Assembly (NCBI GenBank): GCA_045613845.1
Contig: JAZLBU010000098.1
Span: 2,510 to 66,509 of the forward strand
DNA from: Prevotella sp.
Lineage (GTDB): Bacteria > Bacteroidota > Bacteroidia > Bacteroidales > Bacteroidaceae
Direction of reading: 5' to 3'
Length of the DNA stretch: 64,000 nt
The position numbers and the translations under genes are program-made. Positions 18,666 through 28,700 of the stretch are shown one piece after another (the stretch's first letter is position 1; each line of letters begins with the position of its first letter). The notes under the pieces are model-generated. The model was not told where the DNA came from and searched no databases. It saw only the letters and a list, made by a program, of their open reading frames with translations.

Positions 18666-19808
18666 TTATCTACCCTTATACATATTCTCGTAGTACTTCT
18701 CGTAGTCACCAGAAGTTACGTTTTTCATCCATTCCTCGTTGTCGAGATACCACTTAACGGTCTTCTCTATGCCCTCTTCAAACTGAAGTGATGGTTCCCA
18801 ACCTAGTTCTTTCTGCAGTTTGGTGGAATCGATAGCATAACGGGCATCATGTCCCAGACGGTCGGTAACGTAAGTTATCAAATTGAGATCTTCACCCTCT
18901 TCGCGTCCCAGCAAACGGTCTACAGTCTTGATGATGGTCTTGATGATATCGATATTCTTCCACTCATTAAAACCACCGATATTATATGTCTCAGCAATCT
19001 TTCCTTTGTGGAAAATCATATCTATTGCGCGCGCATGATCAACAACATATAGCCAGTCGCGAACATTCTCACCCTTGCCGTAAACAGGCAGTGGCTTCTT
19101 ATTCCTTATATTATTTATAAATAATGGTATGAGTTTCTCTGGGAATTGGTAAGGGCCGTAGTTGTTAGAACAATTGGTAACAATAGTGGGCATACCATAA
19201 GTATCGTGGAAGGCACGCACAAAGTGGTCTGAGCTAGCCTTTGATGCTGAGTAAGGAGAATGAGGATTGTATTTTGTTGTCTCATAGAAGAAATCCTTAC
19301 CATAAGCCAGGTGGTGTTCGCTGGAACTTGCCGTAGTAGTAAATGGAGGCTCTATGCCCTCAGGGTTTGTCATCTCAAGCGCACCATACACCTCATCGGT
19401 AGAGATGTGATAGAAGCGTTTACCATCATACTTCTCAGGTAACGACTCCCAATATAGTTTTGCAGCTTGAAGCAGTGTCAGTGTTCCCATCACATTGGTG
19501 CGAGCGAAGGTAAACGGATCCTTGATGCTACGGTCAACGTGTGACTCCGCTGCAAGGTGTATTATGCCGTCAATCTTCTCATCCTGCATCAGTTTGTAGG
19601 AGGCATCAAAATCGCAAATGTCCATCCTCACAAACTTGTAGTTTGGTTTATCCTCCACATCCTTCAGGTTTTCGAGGTTGCCTGCATATGTGAGTTTATC
19701 TAGGTTTATGATGTTATACTCAGGATATTTGTTTACGAAAAGTCGTACCACATGGCTACCTATAAAGCCTGCTCCTCCTGTTATTACTATATTCTTCATA
19801 TCATTCAA
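18666..19808 (-). CDS. rfbB: dTDP-glucose 4,6-dehydratase
   Basis: TGGAGFIGS, AAESHVDRS, STDEVYG, YSASK and NNYGPYQFPEK motifs. The start is probably the ATG at 19799 (MKNIVITG). Confidence 0.97.
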   Translation of the reverse strand: MNDMKNIVITGGAGFIGSHVVRLFVNKYPEYNIINLDKLTYAGNLENLKDVEDKPNYKFVRMDICDFDASYKLMQDEKIDGIIHLAAESHVDRSIKDPFTFARTNVMGTLTLLQAAKLYWESLPEKYDGKRFYHISTDEVYGALEMTNPEGIEPPFTTTASSSEHHLAYGKDFFYETTKYNPHSPYSASKASSDHFVRAFHDTYGMPTIVTNCSNNYGPYQFPEKLIPLFINNIRNKKPLPVYGKGENVRDWLYVVDHARAIDMIFHKGKIAETYNIGGFNEWKNIDIIKTIIKTVDRLLGREEGEDLNLITYVTDRLGHDARYAIDSTKLQKELGWEPSLQFEEGIEKTVKWYLDNEEWMKNVTSGDYEKYYENMYKGR

Positions 19809-19824
19809 ATGAGTTACATTATTA

Positions 19825-20409
19825 TTAATACAGACTCACATTTATGTCAAACGGTGAATCAAAATCGTTCAGCATTGGGTGTTTAGTGTCTTTCTCTGAC
19901 AACAACACCTTGTCTGCAGGTATTTTCCAGTCTATTCCCAAACTATTGTCGGCTATCGAAATGCCGCCATCGGCCTCTGGGTGATAGAATTCGTCACATT
20001 TATACTGAAAAACTGCTATATCAGACAGTACAGCAAAACCGTGAGCAAAACCTCTTGGTACAAAGAACTGGCGATGATTGTCTTCAGTCAGTTCTACGGC
20101 TACATGTTTGCCGTATGTTGGCGAACCCTTGCGCATGTCCACCGCTACATCCAGCACAGCACCTCTCACACATCTTACCAGTTTTGACTGGGTGTATGGC
20201 GGACGTTGGAAATGTAATCCTCTCATCACTCCGAAAGCAGACATAGACTCGTTGTCTTGCACAAAGTTTATAGTGTGACCCAAAATTGGAGTCACTTTCT
20301 CGTCAAACTCTCTTTGTGAGAATGACTCAAAGAAATACCCTCGTGCGTCCTTGAACACACGGGGTTCTATTATCAGTACATCTTTTATTTCAGTCTGTAT
20401 AACTTCCAT
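19825..20409 (-). CDS. rfbC: dTDP-4-dehydrorhamnose 3,5-epimerase
   Basis: DARGYFFE, RGLHFQ, DVAVDMRKGSPT and GFAHGF motifs. ATG 20409 is chosen to avoid overlap with rfbD. Confidence 0.96.
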   Translation of the reverse strand: MEVIQTEIKDVLIIEPRVFKDARGYFFESFSQREFDEKVTPILGHTINFVQDNESMSAFGVMRGLHFQRPPYTQSKLVRCVRGAVLDVAVDMRKGSPTYGKHVAVELTEDNHRQFFVPRGFAHGFAVLSDIAVFQYKCDEFYHPEADGGISIADNSLGIDWKIPADKVLLSEKDTKHPMLNDFDSPFDINVSLY

Positions 20410-20414
20410 CTTCC

Positions 20415-21344
20415 TTACTTCTTCATAAGGTTTTTCATACATTTTCTCAATGAATGGGTCCAATAAGGCACCTTCACGTCAAACGACTGCTTAACCTTCG
20501 TTTTATCCAACACAGAATATGGTGGACGCTTCACAGGTGAAGGAAACTCATTGCTGTGACAAGGCTGAATGTCGCAGTTCTTGTTGCCTACTATGTCAGC
20601 AATCTTCATTGCGAAGTCAAACCAAGAACATACGCCTTCGTTGGTGTAGTTGTATATGCCGTTCTTAGAGTATTTCCTAGCACTCGTTGAAGCTCCCTCT
20701 TCTGCTGTTTCTATCTTGTAGTCGAGTAATATTCGCATAATAGCCTCTGCCAAGTCGCCTGCGTAAGTTGGAGTACCCACTTGGTCGAACACCACCTTCA
20801 GTTGTGGTCTTGTGGCAGTCAGATCCATCATCGTCTTCACAAAGTTCTTGCCAAATTCAGAGTACAGCCAAGCTGTACGTATGATAATATGGTTCACGCC
20901 CGTAGCGATGATATTCTTCTCGCCATCCAGTTTTGTCTTGCCATACACACCTGTTGGTTTGCCTTTCATATCCTCTGTGCAAGGTAAGTTGTTTGTTTCG
21001 CCACCAAACACATAATCGGTACTTATGTGAAGCAACATTCCCTTAGCCTTCTTCATCACCTGGGCAAGCAGTTTGGGAGCCTCTGCATTGAGTTTATGAC
21101 AAAGTTCCTCATCACTCTCTGCCTTATCCACATTGGTGTATGCTGCACAGTTTACTATGACGTCGATGCCATTGTCTTTCACCATTTTTGTCACAGCATC
21201 CATGTCTGTTATGTCAAGTTTTATGGTTTCAACCCCCTCCTGCTCTACCAAGTCGGTAAAGAAGAAGGTGTTGCTTGACTTCTTTGACTTTAGGCGTATC
21301 TCATTGCCTAACTGCCCGTTGGCTCCTGTTACGAGTATCTTCAT
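20415..21344 (-). CDS. rfbD: dTDP-4-dehydrorhamnose reductase
   Basis: GANGQLG, CAAYTNVDKAE, ISTDYVF, YGKTKLDGE and DQVGTPT motifs. Confidence 0.96.
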   Translation of the reverse strand: MKILVTGANGQLGNEIRLKSKKSSNTFFFTDLVEQEGVETIKLDITDMDAVTKMVKDNGIDVIVNCAAYTNVDKAESDEELCHKLNAEAPKLLAQVMKKAKGMLLHISTDYVFGGETNNLPCTEDMKGKPTGVYGKTKLDGEKNIIATGVNHIIIRTAWLYSEFGKNFVKTMMDLTATRPQLKVVFDQVGTPTYAGDLAEAIMRILLDYKIETAEEGASTSARKYSKNGIYNYTNEGVCSWFDFAMKIADIVGNKNCDIQPCHSNEFPSPVKRPPYSVLDKTKVKQSFDVKVPYWTHSLRKCMKNLMKK

Positions 21345-21356
21345 AATAACCGAAAA

Positions 21357-21377
21357 TATGAATTATGAATTGTGAAC
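21357..21377. repeat. Heptamer repeat TRTGAAY x3
   Basis: TATGAAT TATGAAT TGTGAAC between nadC and rfbD. Confidence 0.6.
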
Positions 21378-21381
21378 TGTT

Positions 21382-22233
21382 TTAGCATGCCTTGAATGAC
21401 AGGTCCAGTCCCTTAACGCTATGTGTCAGTGCTCCGAAGGATATAAAGTCTACGCCTGCCTTTGCATAAGGTATCATCGTGTCGAATGTTATGCCTCCTG
21501 ATGATTCCGTCTCGCACTGATGGTTTACAATCTCCACCGCCTTCTTTGTATCTTCTGGTGTGAAGTTATCAAACATTATGCGGTCTGGATTTTCGGCGAG
21601 GGCTTCTTCCAACTCTTTAAAGTTGCGCACCTCCACTTCTATTTTGAGGTTCTTACCCTTCTCTTTACAATACTGCTTAGCTCGTGATACAGCATTATGT
21701 ATTCCCCCAGCAAAGTCGATGTGGTTGTCCTTGAGAAGTATCATATCAAAGAGTCCGATACGGTGATTCATACCTCCGCCTATCTTCACAGCCTCCTTCT
21801 CCAGCATACGCATTCCTGGAGTGGTCTTGCGTGTGTCGAGCACTCTGGTCTTGGTGCCCGCATCTATCAGTGCCTGCTGATATTTGTGGGTCATAGTGGC
21901 AATACCACTCATGCGCTGCATGATATTAAGCATCAGACGTTCTGTCTGCAACAGACTCTGCACCTTGCCGCTCACTATCATAGCCACATCACCCTTCTTC
22001 ACCTCAGCACCGTCGTTTATCAGCACCTCCACCTGTAGTGTAGGGTCAAAGCGACGAAAAACTTCCTTTGCCACCTCTACGCCGGCCAGTATGCCGTCTT
22101 CTTTCACCAAGAGGCGACTCTTACCCATTGCATCTTCTGGTATGCAACAGAGCGTGGTGTGGTCTCCATCACCTATATCTTCTGCAAAGCTTAAGTCTAT
22201 AAGCTTATCGGTAAGCTCTTCTACTGATAGCAT
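21382..22233 (-). CDS. nadC: Nicotinate-nucleotide diphosphorylase (carboxylating)
   Basis: EDIGDGD, ERLMLN, DTRKTTPG, HRIGLFD...KDNH and SGGIT motifs. Confidence 0.97.
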   Translation of the reverse strand: MLSVEELTDKLIDLSFAEDIGDGDHTTLCCIPEDAMGKSRLLVKEDGILAGVEVAKEVFRRFDPTLQVEVLINDGAEVKKGDVAMIVSGKVQSLLQTERLMLNIMQRMSGIATMTHKYQQALIDAGTKTRVLDTRKTTPGMRMLEKEAVKIGGGMNHRIGLFDMILLKDNHIDFAGGIHNAVSRAKQYCKEKGKNLKIEVEVRNFKELEEALAENPDRIMFDNFTPEDTKKAVEIVNHQCETESSGGITFDTMIPYAKAGVDFISFGALTHSVKGLDLSFKAC

Positions 22234-22235
22234 CT

Positions 22236-22275
22236 TTTCGAACCTTTGAACTATTGAACTTTCGAACTTTCGAAC
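22236..22275. repeat. Octamer tandem repeat (TTTCGAAC family) x5
   Basis: TTTCGAAC CTTTGAAC TATTGAAC TTTCGAAC TTTCGAAC fills the gap before the nadC start. Confidence 0.88.
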
Positions 22276-22799
22276 TACTTAAACGCTTCCTTTACTGAAT
22301 TCTGTATCTTATTCTTTGGCAGATAGATACCCAGTCCTACCTTGATACCGATAGTAGAGCGGTTCTTGTGGTCGCTCAGGCTCTGCTCATAGTAGAGTGC
22401 TGGTTCGATGGTCAGCGAACGACTTACGAAGAAAGCGTAACCTATCTCTAATGCTGGCATAAAGTCATTATAGTTCTTTGTCTCGTGAACATAATTGGCG
22501 TTAAGCCCCAGGAATAGTCCGTTCTGCAAAATGTAGTAACGTCCACCAACACCCAGTTTGAGGTCGTTTACCTTGTCTGCACCTATGTGCTGATAGCCCA
22601 CCTGACCAAACAGCAACCAGTTGTCGGTGATAAACTGACCTGCACGAGCCTCTACTCCGATGTTCCATTTCTTGGCACCGTTATAGTTCAGGTCAAGACC
22701 TGTAACCGAAGCACCGATAAATGTTTTACCACTCTCAAACTGTGCGTTTGCAACTGCTGTAACTGCCATCATGGCAATGATCATCATCAATTTTTTCAT
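22275..22799 (-). CDS. Small outer-membrane beta-barrel protein
   Basis: Signal peptide (..VANAQ), alternating beta-strand pattern, GVGGRYY, EIGYAFF and TIEPALYY. Confidence 0.75.
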   Translation of the reverse strand: MKKLMMIIAMMAVTAVANAQFESGKTFIGASVTGLDLNYNGAKKWNIGVEARAGQFITDNWLLFGQVGYQHIGADKVNDLKLGVGGRYYILQNGLFLGLNANYVHETKNYNDFMPALEIGYAFFVSRSLTIEPALYYEQSLSDHKNRSTIGIKVGLGIYLPKNKIQNSVKEAFK

Positions 22800-22827
22800 A
22801 ATATGTCGAAATTTTTAATTGTAAACT

Positions 22828-24366
22828 CTACCTTATTCTCTCACCGTATTTATTGGTCTTCAGTTCTACTACGAACTTCTTGTTATACCATATAAAGAAA
22901 TTTAGTGTGCAGACGATAGCTACCACTATGCCGATAGCGTATCCGTAGTCGGCACTCATACCTATGGCATCTTTACTTACGCATAGGAATGTAGTGCTCA
23001 CGCATGTCATGAATATGGCTGGCAGCAGAGTAATCACAAAGAATCTACGCTTCAAAGCCAGATACACCGTGATAGCCCACAGTGTGAATACCGAGAGCGT
23101 TTGGTTAGCCCATCCAAAGTACTTCCATATTGTATTGAATGAGTCAGGATTATCCAACTGCCATACAAGAATAGCTATTGCACAAGCGAATAGTGGAGCG
23201 CTGACGAGAAGTCTCTTAGCCACCGGACGCTGATCTACCCTCAGCGCATCAGCTACAATCAGTCGGCAAGAACGCAGTGCCGTGTCGCCACTGGTGATAG
23301 GTGCTGCTACAACACCCAGTATGGCAAGTATGCCACCAAAGGTACCCAGCCATCCCTCACACACCGTCATCACCACCTTTGGTGCAGCAAAAAACTGTGT
23401 AATGGTTTTCTCTGACTGACCTGTGTATTGTGCTATAACGTCAGGGGAACATACCTCGCGCCATCCTTCGTTATAGAAGAACCAACTGCTCACCGTTGCC
23501 CAGATGAGTGCTACGATACCCTCTGTTATCATTGAACCATAGAACACCGGTCTGCCAAGTTTCTCAGACTTTATGCAACGAGCCATCAGCGGACTCTGTG
23601 TAGCGTGGAAACCAGAAATGGCGCCACATGCTATGGTGATGAATAATGCAGGGAAGACTGGGTCGGGATTCTTAATACCCAACTGTGGTCCCATATTCTC
23701 AAGACCATCCCATACTTCTGGTAGTGTTGGCCATTTCATAAACAATACCACCATCAGGGCGAGTGCCATGAATATCAGCGAAATAGCGAATACCGGATAT
23801 ATCTTGCCGATAATCTTGTCTACAGGCATCATTGTAGCGATGACATAATAGAAGAAAATTACGCATATCCACAACAGCATATTATCAAATCCACCTGCTG
23901 ATACCACCATATTATTGATGAGCGAAGCAGGAGCACTAACAAACACTGCACCAACGAGAATCAGCAACAATACAGCGAAGAGCAGCATCAGTTTTCTCAT
24001 CGTATTGCCCAGATACTGACCTACTATATCAGGCAAGCCTATACCACCCTTTCTCAGACTTATCATACCGCTGAGGTAGTCGTGAGTGGCACCGGCAAAG
24101 ATACAACCCAGCACTATCCACAGGTATGACGATGTACCAAACCACATACCCATGATAGCACCGAAGATAGGACCCGTGCCTGCAATGTTCAGAAACTGAA
24201 TCATAAACACCTTCCATGTAGGAAGTACCACAAAGTCAACGCCGTCAGCCCTACGAACAGCTGGCGCAATCCTTTTTTCGTCAGGACCGAAGACCTTCTC
24301 TACGAACTTGCCGTAAATCAGGAAGCCTAAAACAAGTGCTATGAGTGATATTAAAAAAGTAACCAT
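22828..24366 (-). CDS. Carbon starvation CstA-family transporter
   Basis: NIAGTGPIFG, GATHDY, IACGAISGFHATQSP and PITSGDTA motifs. ATG 24366 is chosen because the longer ORF start lies inside the promoter. Confidence 0.93.
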   Translation of the reverse strand: MVTFLISLIALVLGFLIYGKFVEKVFGPDEKRIAPAVRRADGVDFVVLPTWKVFMIQFLNIAGTGPIFGAIMGMWFGTSSYLWIVLGCIFAGATHDYLSGMISLRKGGIGLPDIVGQYLGNTMRKLMLLFAVLLLILVGAVFVSAPASLINNMVVSAGGFDNMLLWICVIFFYYVIATMMPVDKIIGKIYPVFAISLIFMALALMVVLFMKWPTLPEVWDGLENMGPQLGIKNPDPVFPALFITIACGAISGFHATQSPLMARCIKSEKLGRPVFYGSMITEGIVALIWATVSSWFFYNEGWREVCSPDVIAQYTGQSEKTITQFFAAPKVVMTVCEGWLGTFGGILAILGVVAAPITSGDTALRSCRLIVADALRVDQRPVAKRLLVSAPLFACAIAILVWQLDNPDSFNTIWKYFGWANQTLSVFTLWAITVYLALKRRFFVITLLPAIFMTCVSTTFLCVSKDAIGMSADYGYAIGIVVAIVCTLNFFIWYNKKFVVELKTNKYGERIR

Positions 24367-24388
24367 GAGTGTGTGAAAATTTACCTTG

Positions 24389-24436
24389 CAAAGGTACAAA
24401 AAAATTTGCTAAAACAAAAATAAAAGAGTAACTTTG
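24389..24436. promoter_or_regulatory. Divergent promoter pair (TACCTTTG on minus at 24389-24396; TAACTTTG on plus at 24429-24436)
   Basis: Two TAnnTTTG motifs face the cstA and GH10-like genes. Confidence 0.7.
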
Positions 24437-24444
24437 TACTCGAA

Positions 24445-26148
24445 ATGAAGAATTTTTTTATCACAACACTGATTAACGCCTTTTTTCTTGCTTCATTAAC
24501 AGCAGGAAATGCCCCCACCTTTAGTACTCATTCTCCAGCTACCGAACCCCTGCACGAGGTGCGTGCCGTATGGCTCACCACAATTGGCGGTATAGACTGG
24601 CCTCATACCTATGCCAACACCACATCAGCGATGCTTGCGCAGCAGAGGGAGTTATGTGACATTCTCGACCGTTTGGCAAGTGCCAATATAAATACCGTCA
24701 TCATTCAAACCCGAGTGAGGGCTACCACAATCTTTCCTTCTGACATGGAACCTTGGGATGGTTGCCTGAGTGGTAAACCAGGTCTGTCGCCTGGTTACGA
24801 TGCTCTGGCCTATGCTATCAACGAGTGTCATAAGCGTGGAATGAAGGTACATGCATGGGTAGTTACCATCCCTTGTGGCAAGTGGAATGGTGCTGGATGC
24901 AAGAATCTTCGCAAGACCCACCCCCAACTGCTCAGGAAAATTGGTGAGGATGGTTTTATGAATCCTGAGAATCCTGGTACGGCCGACTACCTGGCTCGTT
25001 TCTGTGGCAACCTCGTCAGCTACTACGACATTGACGGCATACACCTCGACTATATCCGTTATCCTGACACATGGGGCAAAATATCCAGTAAAGAACGCGG
25101 TCGCGAGCATATTACACGCATTGTTAGGGCTATAGCTGCTGAGGTGAGAGAGCGCAAACCGTGGGTGCAACTATCATGCTCGCCTGTAGGCAAATATGCT
25201 GACACCAAACGTCAGTCCTCCCGTGGTTGGAACGCAAGGGATATCGTTTGTCAGGATGTAGCACTGTGGCTGAAAGAGGGACTGATGGACGCCATCTACC
25301 CTATGATATATTTCAGAAATGAGCATTTCTACCCCTTCGCCATCGACTGGCAGGAGCGTTCTCAAGGGAAGATTGTTGCTCCCGGACTGGGCATTTACTT
25401 TATGCACCCCAGAGAGAAGAACTGGCCTATCACCGATATCACCCGTCAGTTGCATGTGTTGCGTCAGTATGGTATGGGCAACTGTATGTTCCGTTCCAAA
25501 TTCTTTACCGATAACACTAAGGGACTCTACAACTATTACGCTGACGGCTATGCCACGATGCCAGCACTACAGCCTGCTATGACTTGGCTTAATAATAGTG
25601 TACCCACAAAACCCTCACATGTTAGTTTTACAGGCAGTGTGGTTAGTTGGGGAGGAAAAGTTAAAGAGTTCTATAGTTCAATAGTTCAAGATGTTACCTA
25701 CAATCTCTACGGCTCTGACGTTATTCCTGTAGATGTGAACAAGGCTGAAAACTTGCTGGCAGCAAACCTTACCGATACGCAGATAAACATTGGTAATGCG
25801 GGCTCTATACGTTACTTTGCAGTTACGGCAACTGATCGCTATGGCAATGAGTCTAAACCTTCCTTCTCGTATACCTCAGATCAGGAGGAACAAAACGTTC
25901 CCTCAGCTCCAACTATGCTACCCTACTCTAACGGTGTGGTGACGCTCAATGGCACCGATGCGTCAGTTGGCAAACTGGTAATCATCAGCTCTGCTTATGG
26001 CAACGATATTCATTCGGCTATCGTCACTCACTATGCTGGCAATATCTCAATCTGTACAGGCAGTCTTTCTGCAGGTTTATATAAGGTGTACATCATAAAC
26101 AAGAAAGACCATAAGCATCTGTTAGGTTACTTTGCTGTAGAACCTTAA
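24445..26148 (+). CDS. Glycosyl hydrolase-like 10 (DUF187/YddW-type) secreted protein with FN3-like C-terminal region
   Basis: EVRAVWLTTIGGIDWP, HKRGMKVHAW, YDIDGIHLDYIRYP and YFAVTATDRYGNES motifs. Confidence 0.88.
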   Translation: MKNFFITTLINAFFLASLTAGNAPTFSTHSPATEPLHEVRAVWLTTIGGIDWPHTYANTTSAMLAQQRELCDILDRLASANINTVIIQTRVRATTIFPSDMEPWDGCLSGKPGLSPGYDALAYAINECHKRGMKVHAWVVTIPCGKWNGAGCKNLRKTHPQLLRKIGEDGFMNPENPGTADYLARFCGNLVSYYDIDGIHLDYIRYPDTWGKISSKERGREHITRIVRAIAAEVRERKPWVQLSCSPVGKYADTKRQSSRGWNARDIVCQDVALWLKEGLMDAIYPMIYFRNEHFYPFAIDWQERSQGKIVAPGLGIYFMHPREKNWPITDITRQLHVLRQYGMGNCMFRSKFFTDNTKGLYNYYADGYATMPALQPAMTWLNNSVPTKPSHVSFTGSVVSWGGKVKEFYSSIVQDVTYNLYGSDVIPVDVNKAENLLAANLTDTQINIGNAGSIRYFAVTATDRYGNESKPSFSYTSDQEEQNVPSAPTMLPYSNGVVTLNGTDASVGKLVIISSAYGNDIHSAIVTHYAGNISICTGSLSAGLYKVYIINKKDHKHLLGYFAVEP

Positions 26149-26160
26149 TAATAAAGACAG

Positions 26161-27492
26161 CTACTTCTTCTCTTTCCTTGTTTGTTTCTTCGTCCTATTC
26201 TGTTTGTTGTTCTTTTTGCCGTGATAATGCCTATGCTTGTTAGATTTGCCTGATGGCTTATCACCCTTCGTTACCTTATATTCTGGAGCCTCTCCAATGC
26301 CCTCTGGCAGAGTGTTCTTATGAATATCACGCTCTATGAAACGTTCTATCTTGCGGAAATAACCTATCTCGTCGTCAGCCACCAGGGTTATTGCCACACC
26401 GTCGCGCTCAGCACGTGCCGTACGTCCGATGCGATGCACATAGTCCTCTATATCGCGCGGAACATCATAGTTTATCACCATCTGTATGTCGTCTATGTCT
26501 ATGCCTCGCGCTACAATATCTGTTGCCACCAGCACCTCAACCATGCCAGCCTTGAAACGGTACATTATATCGTCACGCTCAGCCTGAGACAGGTCGGAAT
26601 GCATAGCGCCACAGTTCACACCCAACTGTTTGAGTGCAGCGTTTATCTCCTTAACTCTCTGCTTTTTACCTGAGAATATTATAGCTCTTGTTAAACCATA
26701 TTGCTGACCAGCTTCTGTGGTAAAACCGTTCTTGAAAATGCTCTTGAGTATGGGCAGTTTCTGTGGAGCATAACACACATAAGCCGACTGCTGAATCTTC
26801 TCTGCTGGTTTGCTCACGGCTATGCGCACGTTGACGGGATTATGGAGCAGCGTGTGAGCCAGACGGTTGATGTTATCGGGCATAGTGGCAGAGAACATGA
26901 TGGTCTGACACTTAACTGGTCCCTTCACTCCAGTCTGCGGATTAACACCTATCTGTTTGGCTATCGCCATGATATCGTCAGAGAAGCCCATATCGAGCAT
27001 ACGGTCTGCCTCGTCAAGAATAAAGAATGACAGGCGCGAGAGGTCAAGGTTGCCCATCTGCATGTGTGAGATAAGTCTGCCTGGAGTGGCTATCACCACC
27101 GAAGCACCCTTGCGCAAGGCTGCCAGTTCCTGATCATATCGTCCTCCGTCGTTGCCTCCATACACAGCCACCGAACTGATGCCGTCGAGATAGTAAGAGA
27201 AGCCCTGCATAGCCTGGTCTATCTGCTGAGCCAGTTCACGCGTTGGAGCCATGATAAGGCAGTTTACGGCATCCTCAGGAAATCCTCCATCATCGAGCAG
27301 GGAGAGCACAGGCAATAGATAGGCAGCGGTCTTACCCGTACCAGTCTGCGCCACGCCCATGATGTCGTGACCCTCAATAATCTGGTCGATACATGCCGCC
27401 TGTATAGGCGTACACTTGTCGAAGTGCATATCCCACAGGGCATCAAGTATGTTGTCATTAAGTAGTGTTTCGTCGAAATGGAGGTCGGTCAT
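26161..27492 (-). CDS. DEAD-box RNA helicase
   Basis: AQTGTGKT, PTRELA, TPGRL, DEAD, SAT, ARGID and HRIGRTAR motifs with a basic tail. Confidence 0.96.
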   Translation of the reverse strand: MTDLHFDETLLNDNILDALWDMHFDKCTPIQAACIDQIIEGHDIMGVAQTGTGKTAAYLLPVLSLLDDGGFPEDAVNCLIMAPTRELAQQIDQAMQGFSYYLDGISSVAVYGGNDGGRYDQELAALRKGASVVIATPGRLISHMQMGNLDLSRLSFFILDEADRMLDMGFSDDIMAIAKQIGVNPQTGVKGPVKCQTIMFSATMPDNINRLAHTLLHNPVNVRIAVSKPAEKIQQSAYVCYAPQKLPILKSIFKNGFTTEAGQQYGLTRAIIFSGKKQRVKEINAALKQLGVNCGAMHSDLSQAERDDIMYRFKAGMVEVLVATDIVARGIDIDDIQMVINYDVPRDIEDYVHRIGRTARAERDGVAITLVADDEIGYFRKIERFIERDIHKNTLPEGIGEAPEYKVTKGDKPSGKSNKHRHYHGKKNNKQNRTKKQTRKEKK

Positions 27493-27514
27493 GTGGTTCT
27501 AAAGTTCAAAGGGT

Positions 27515-28666
27515 TTAGTTCGGAGCATTTCTATAGCAGAAATATGCTACGACGGCAAAGATGATATTCGGTGTCCATGCAGCGAGCATAGGCGGAGCAC
27601 CGGCATTGATGGCAAAAGTGGATGAAACGGTCTGAAGCATTATATAAACGAAACTCAGTACCAGTCCCAGTCCCAGGTACTTACCCATACCGCCCTTACG
27701 TTTGCGCGACGATAGCGATGCACCTATTATGGTGAGTATGAACGAAGCAAACGAGGTGGCTATTCGCTTGTGATACTCCACCTGATAGCGCACCACATTA
27801 GATGATCCGCGGTCTATCTGTTTGGATATGTATTCAGCCAACTGAGGTGAGGTAAATGTCTCTTGCTGACCTTTGGAATAAACCAAGTCGGTGGGTTCCA
27901 TAAAGATAAGGGTGTCGAGTTTGGCACCTGAGGTTATGGTTTCACGAACACCACGCATATTACGTATCTTCCAGTTGGACAGTTTCCAGTGATATTTGTA
28001 GTCGGATATGGTATCATACTGTATCTCAGTAGCCGTGAGATGCGAAACGAGTTTCTTATTCTCAAACTTATCAAGACAAAAACCATACCCCCTCTTCATT
28101 ACGTTGTCATAATGCTGAATGTAGGCTATCACACCCTTGTCCACCTGCAATTGCACATTCTCTGCCGAGGTGTTCTTACGGCTGTTTTTATATAGTGCCT
28201 CGAAGTTCTGTCTTATGACCGTTCCATGAGGAATGACATAGGCTGAGAGACCATAATTAAGTCCTGAGATGAGTATGCATGAAATCATGTATGGTTTGAG
28301 CATACGCTTAAAACTGATGCCCGATGCCATGATAGATATCACCTCACTGTTGCCAGCCATCTTCGATGTAAAGAAGATAACTGCAATAAATACAAACAGG
28401 GGTGAGAAAAGATTGGCAAAATAAGGTATAAAGTTAGCGTAATAGTCAAAAACGATAGCCTTCCACGGGGTGTGATATTGCTCAAACTTATTAAGGTTCT
28501 CGTTGAAGTCGATTACTATACTGATACTGATAATGAGCAGGATGGAGAAGAAATAGGTGCCAATAAACTTGCCAATGATATAGCGGTCGAGTCGCCCCAC
28601 GAGTTTTGAATACTCATAGGAGCGAATGGCTTTCACTATATTACTGTCAAAGATTCTCTTTAGCAT
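27515..28666 (-). CDS. LptF/LptG-family LPS export permease
   Basis: LDRYI, NSEVISIMASGISF and a 3+3 TM layout around a periplasmic domain. Confidence 0.9.
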   Translation of the reverse strand: MLKRIFDSNIVKAIRSYEYSKLVGRLDRYIIGKFIGTYFFSILLIISISIVIDFNENLNKFEQYHTPWKAIVFDYYANFIPYFANLFSPLFVFIAVIFFTSKMAGNSEVISIMASGISFKRMLKPYMISCILISGLNYGLSAYVIPHGTVIRQNFEALYKNSRKNTSAENVQLQVDKGVIAYIQHYDNVMKRGYGFCLDKFENKKLVSHLTATEIQYDTISDYKYHWKLSNWKIRNMRGVRETITSGAKLDTLIFMEPTDLVYSKGQQETFTSPQLAEYISKQIDRGSSNVVRYQVEYHKRIATSFASFILTIIGASLSSRKRKGGMGKYLGLGLVLSFVYIMLQTVSSTFAINAGAPPMLAAWTPNIIFAVVAYFCYRNAPN

Positions 28667-28700
28667 CGTTTCTGTATTCTTACTACATCAACCCTCTTCA

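Noticed and set aside
19290..19375. Long insertion in RfbB (TNPEGIEPPFTTTASSSEHHLAYG)
   Set aside because: I recall this segment in other Bacteroidales RfbB proteins and see no DNA repeat, so it is not counted as a repeat invasion.
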